A DNA stretch of 64,000 bases, taken from the NCBI GenBank assembly GCA_030390025.1, contig CM059431.1:106394001-106458000 (forward strand), in the 5' to 3' direction. The DNA is from Squalus acanthias. Its lineage: Eukaryota. This document shows, piece after piece, positions 63,358 through 64,000 of the stretch. The notes beneath the pieces were generated by a model that worked only from the letters and a program-made list of their open reading frames with translations, was not told the DNA's origin and made no database searches. How positions within the stretch are numbered: position 1 is the first letter of the stretch; each line of letters opens with the position of its first letter. The position numbers and the translations under genes are program-made.

Positions 63358-63657
63358 ATACTCAGGTGTGCTGATGGATTATAATAGAAAGGACCGGACA
63401 GATTACAACTGTGTTGGCTTTTTCAGTATTACTGAGTAACCCTCGAGCATTGCAGCATGAACTTTAGCATTCAGGAATAAACTGAATGCAAATATCCTTG
63501 ACTGTTAAAGCCTGCTTAAACACTGAATTTACCTCAGACCTATTGCTTCATATGGTGACTTCGCCCTGAACCAAAGTACATGCTACAAAATTACAGACTG
63601 ACCCAACCATGGGAGGGGACATAATCATCAGAGCTTTAGACCATCTTTTTACAGGAT

Positions 63658-64000
63658 TACACATAAGAGCGAAGGTTCAGCCCATCTTAGCTTATCCATC
63701 CAGATTTGTATTTTTAATCACTTTCCCTCCCCCTACATCTTGAATAAATTAAGATTTCACCTCCACTGCTCTATCCAGAAGACCATTCCAAATATTGACC
63801 ATTCTTTGTGTGAAGAAATTCTTCCTGACATCTATCTTACATTGTCCTTTAACCACTTTTAGCCTTCACCCTCCTGTTCTAGTATCCTACTATAAATTGA
63901 AGCAGAGCTCCATACTAACCTTTGTCTACATCATTTAATATTTTGTATTCTTCTATAAATATCCACTTTCAGCTGCTTCCTTTCAAAGCCAAAGAGCCCC
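63658..64000 (-). mobile_element. Degenerate CR1 3' fragment (runs off the window)
   Basis: ccattccaaatattgaccattctttgtgtgaagaaattcttcctgacatc resembles the CR1 FFTQRVVNIWN region. Confidence 0.7.

Overview
Eukaryotic, repeat-dense non-coding DNA, very probably intronic or intergenic sequence from a cartilaginous fish (shark). This is inferred from the repeat repertoire: Deu-domain tRNA-SINEs of the SacSINE1/AmnSINE1 type, HE1-like V-SINEs, many CR1 and L2 LINE 3' fragments, a Vingi-like LINE, and hAT- and Harbinger-like MITEs. I recognise no host protein-coding gene; every long ORF is transposon-derived. The most structured signal is a set of Penelope-like element (PLE) insertions from two families. 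Two are 5'-truncated RT/GIY-YIG copies (22119-23650 and 53765-55263). Four are ORF-less 'fold-back' pseudo-LTR (pLTR) insertions of 130-220 bp (11847, 20915, 38767, 50362); three of these have exact 11-13 bp target-site duplications (TSDs). Most PLE copies carry a minimal hammerhead-ribozyme motif (CUGAnGA-A-helix II-GAAA-NN-UU) whose helices differ in sequence but keep pairing between copies. Repeat boundaries were read by eye and are approximate unless a TSD is quoted; family names come from my recall of consensus sequences, not from a database search.
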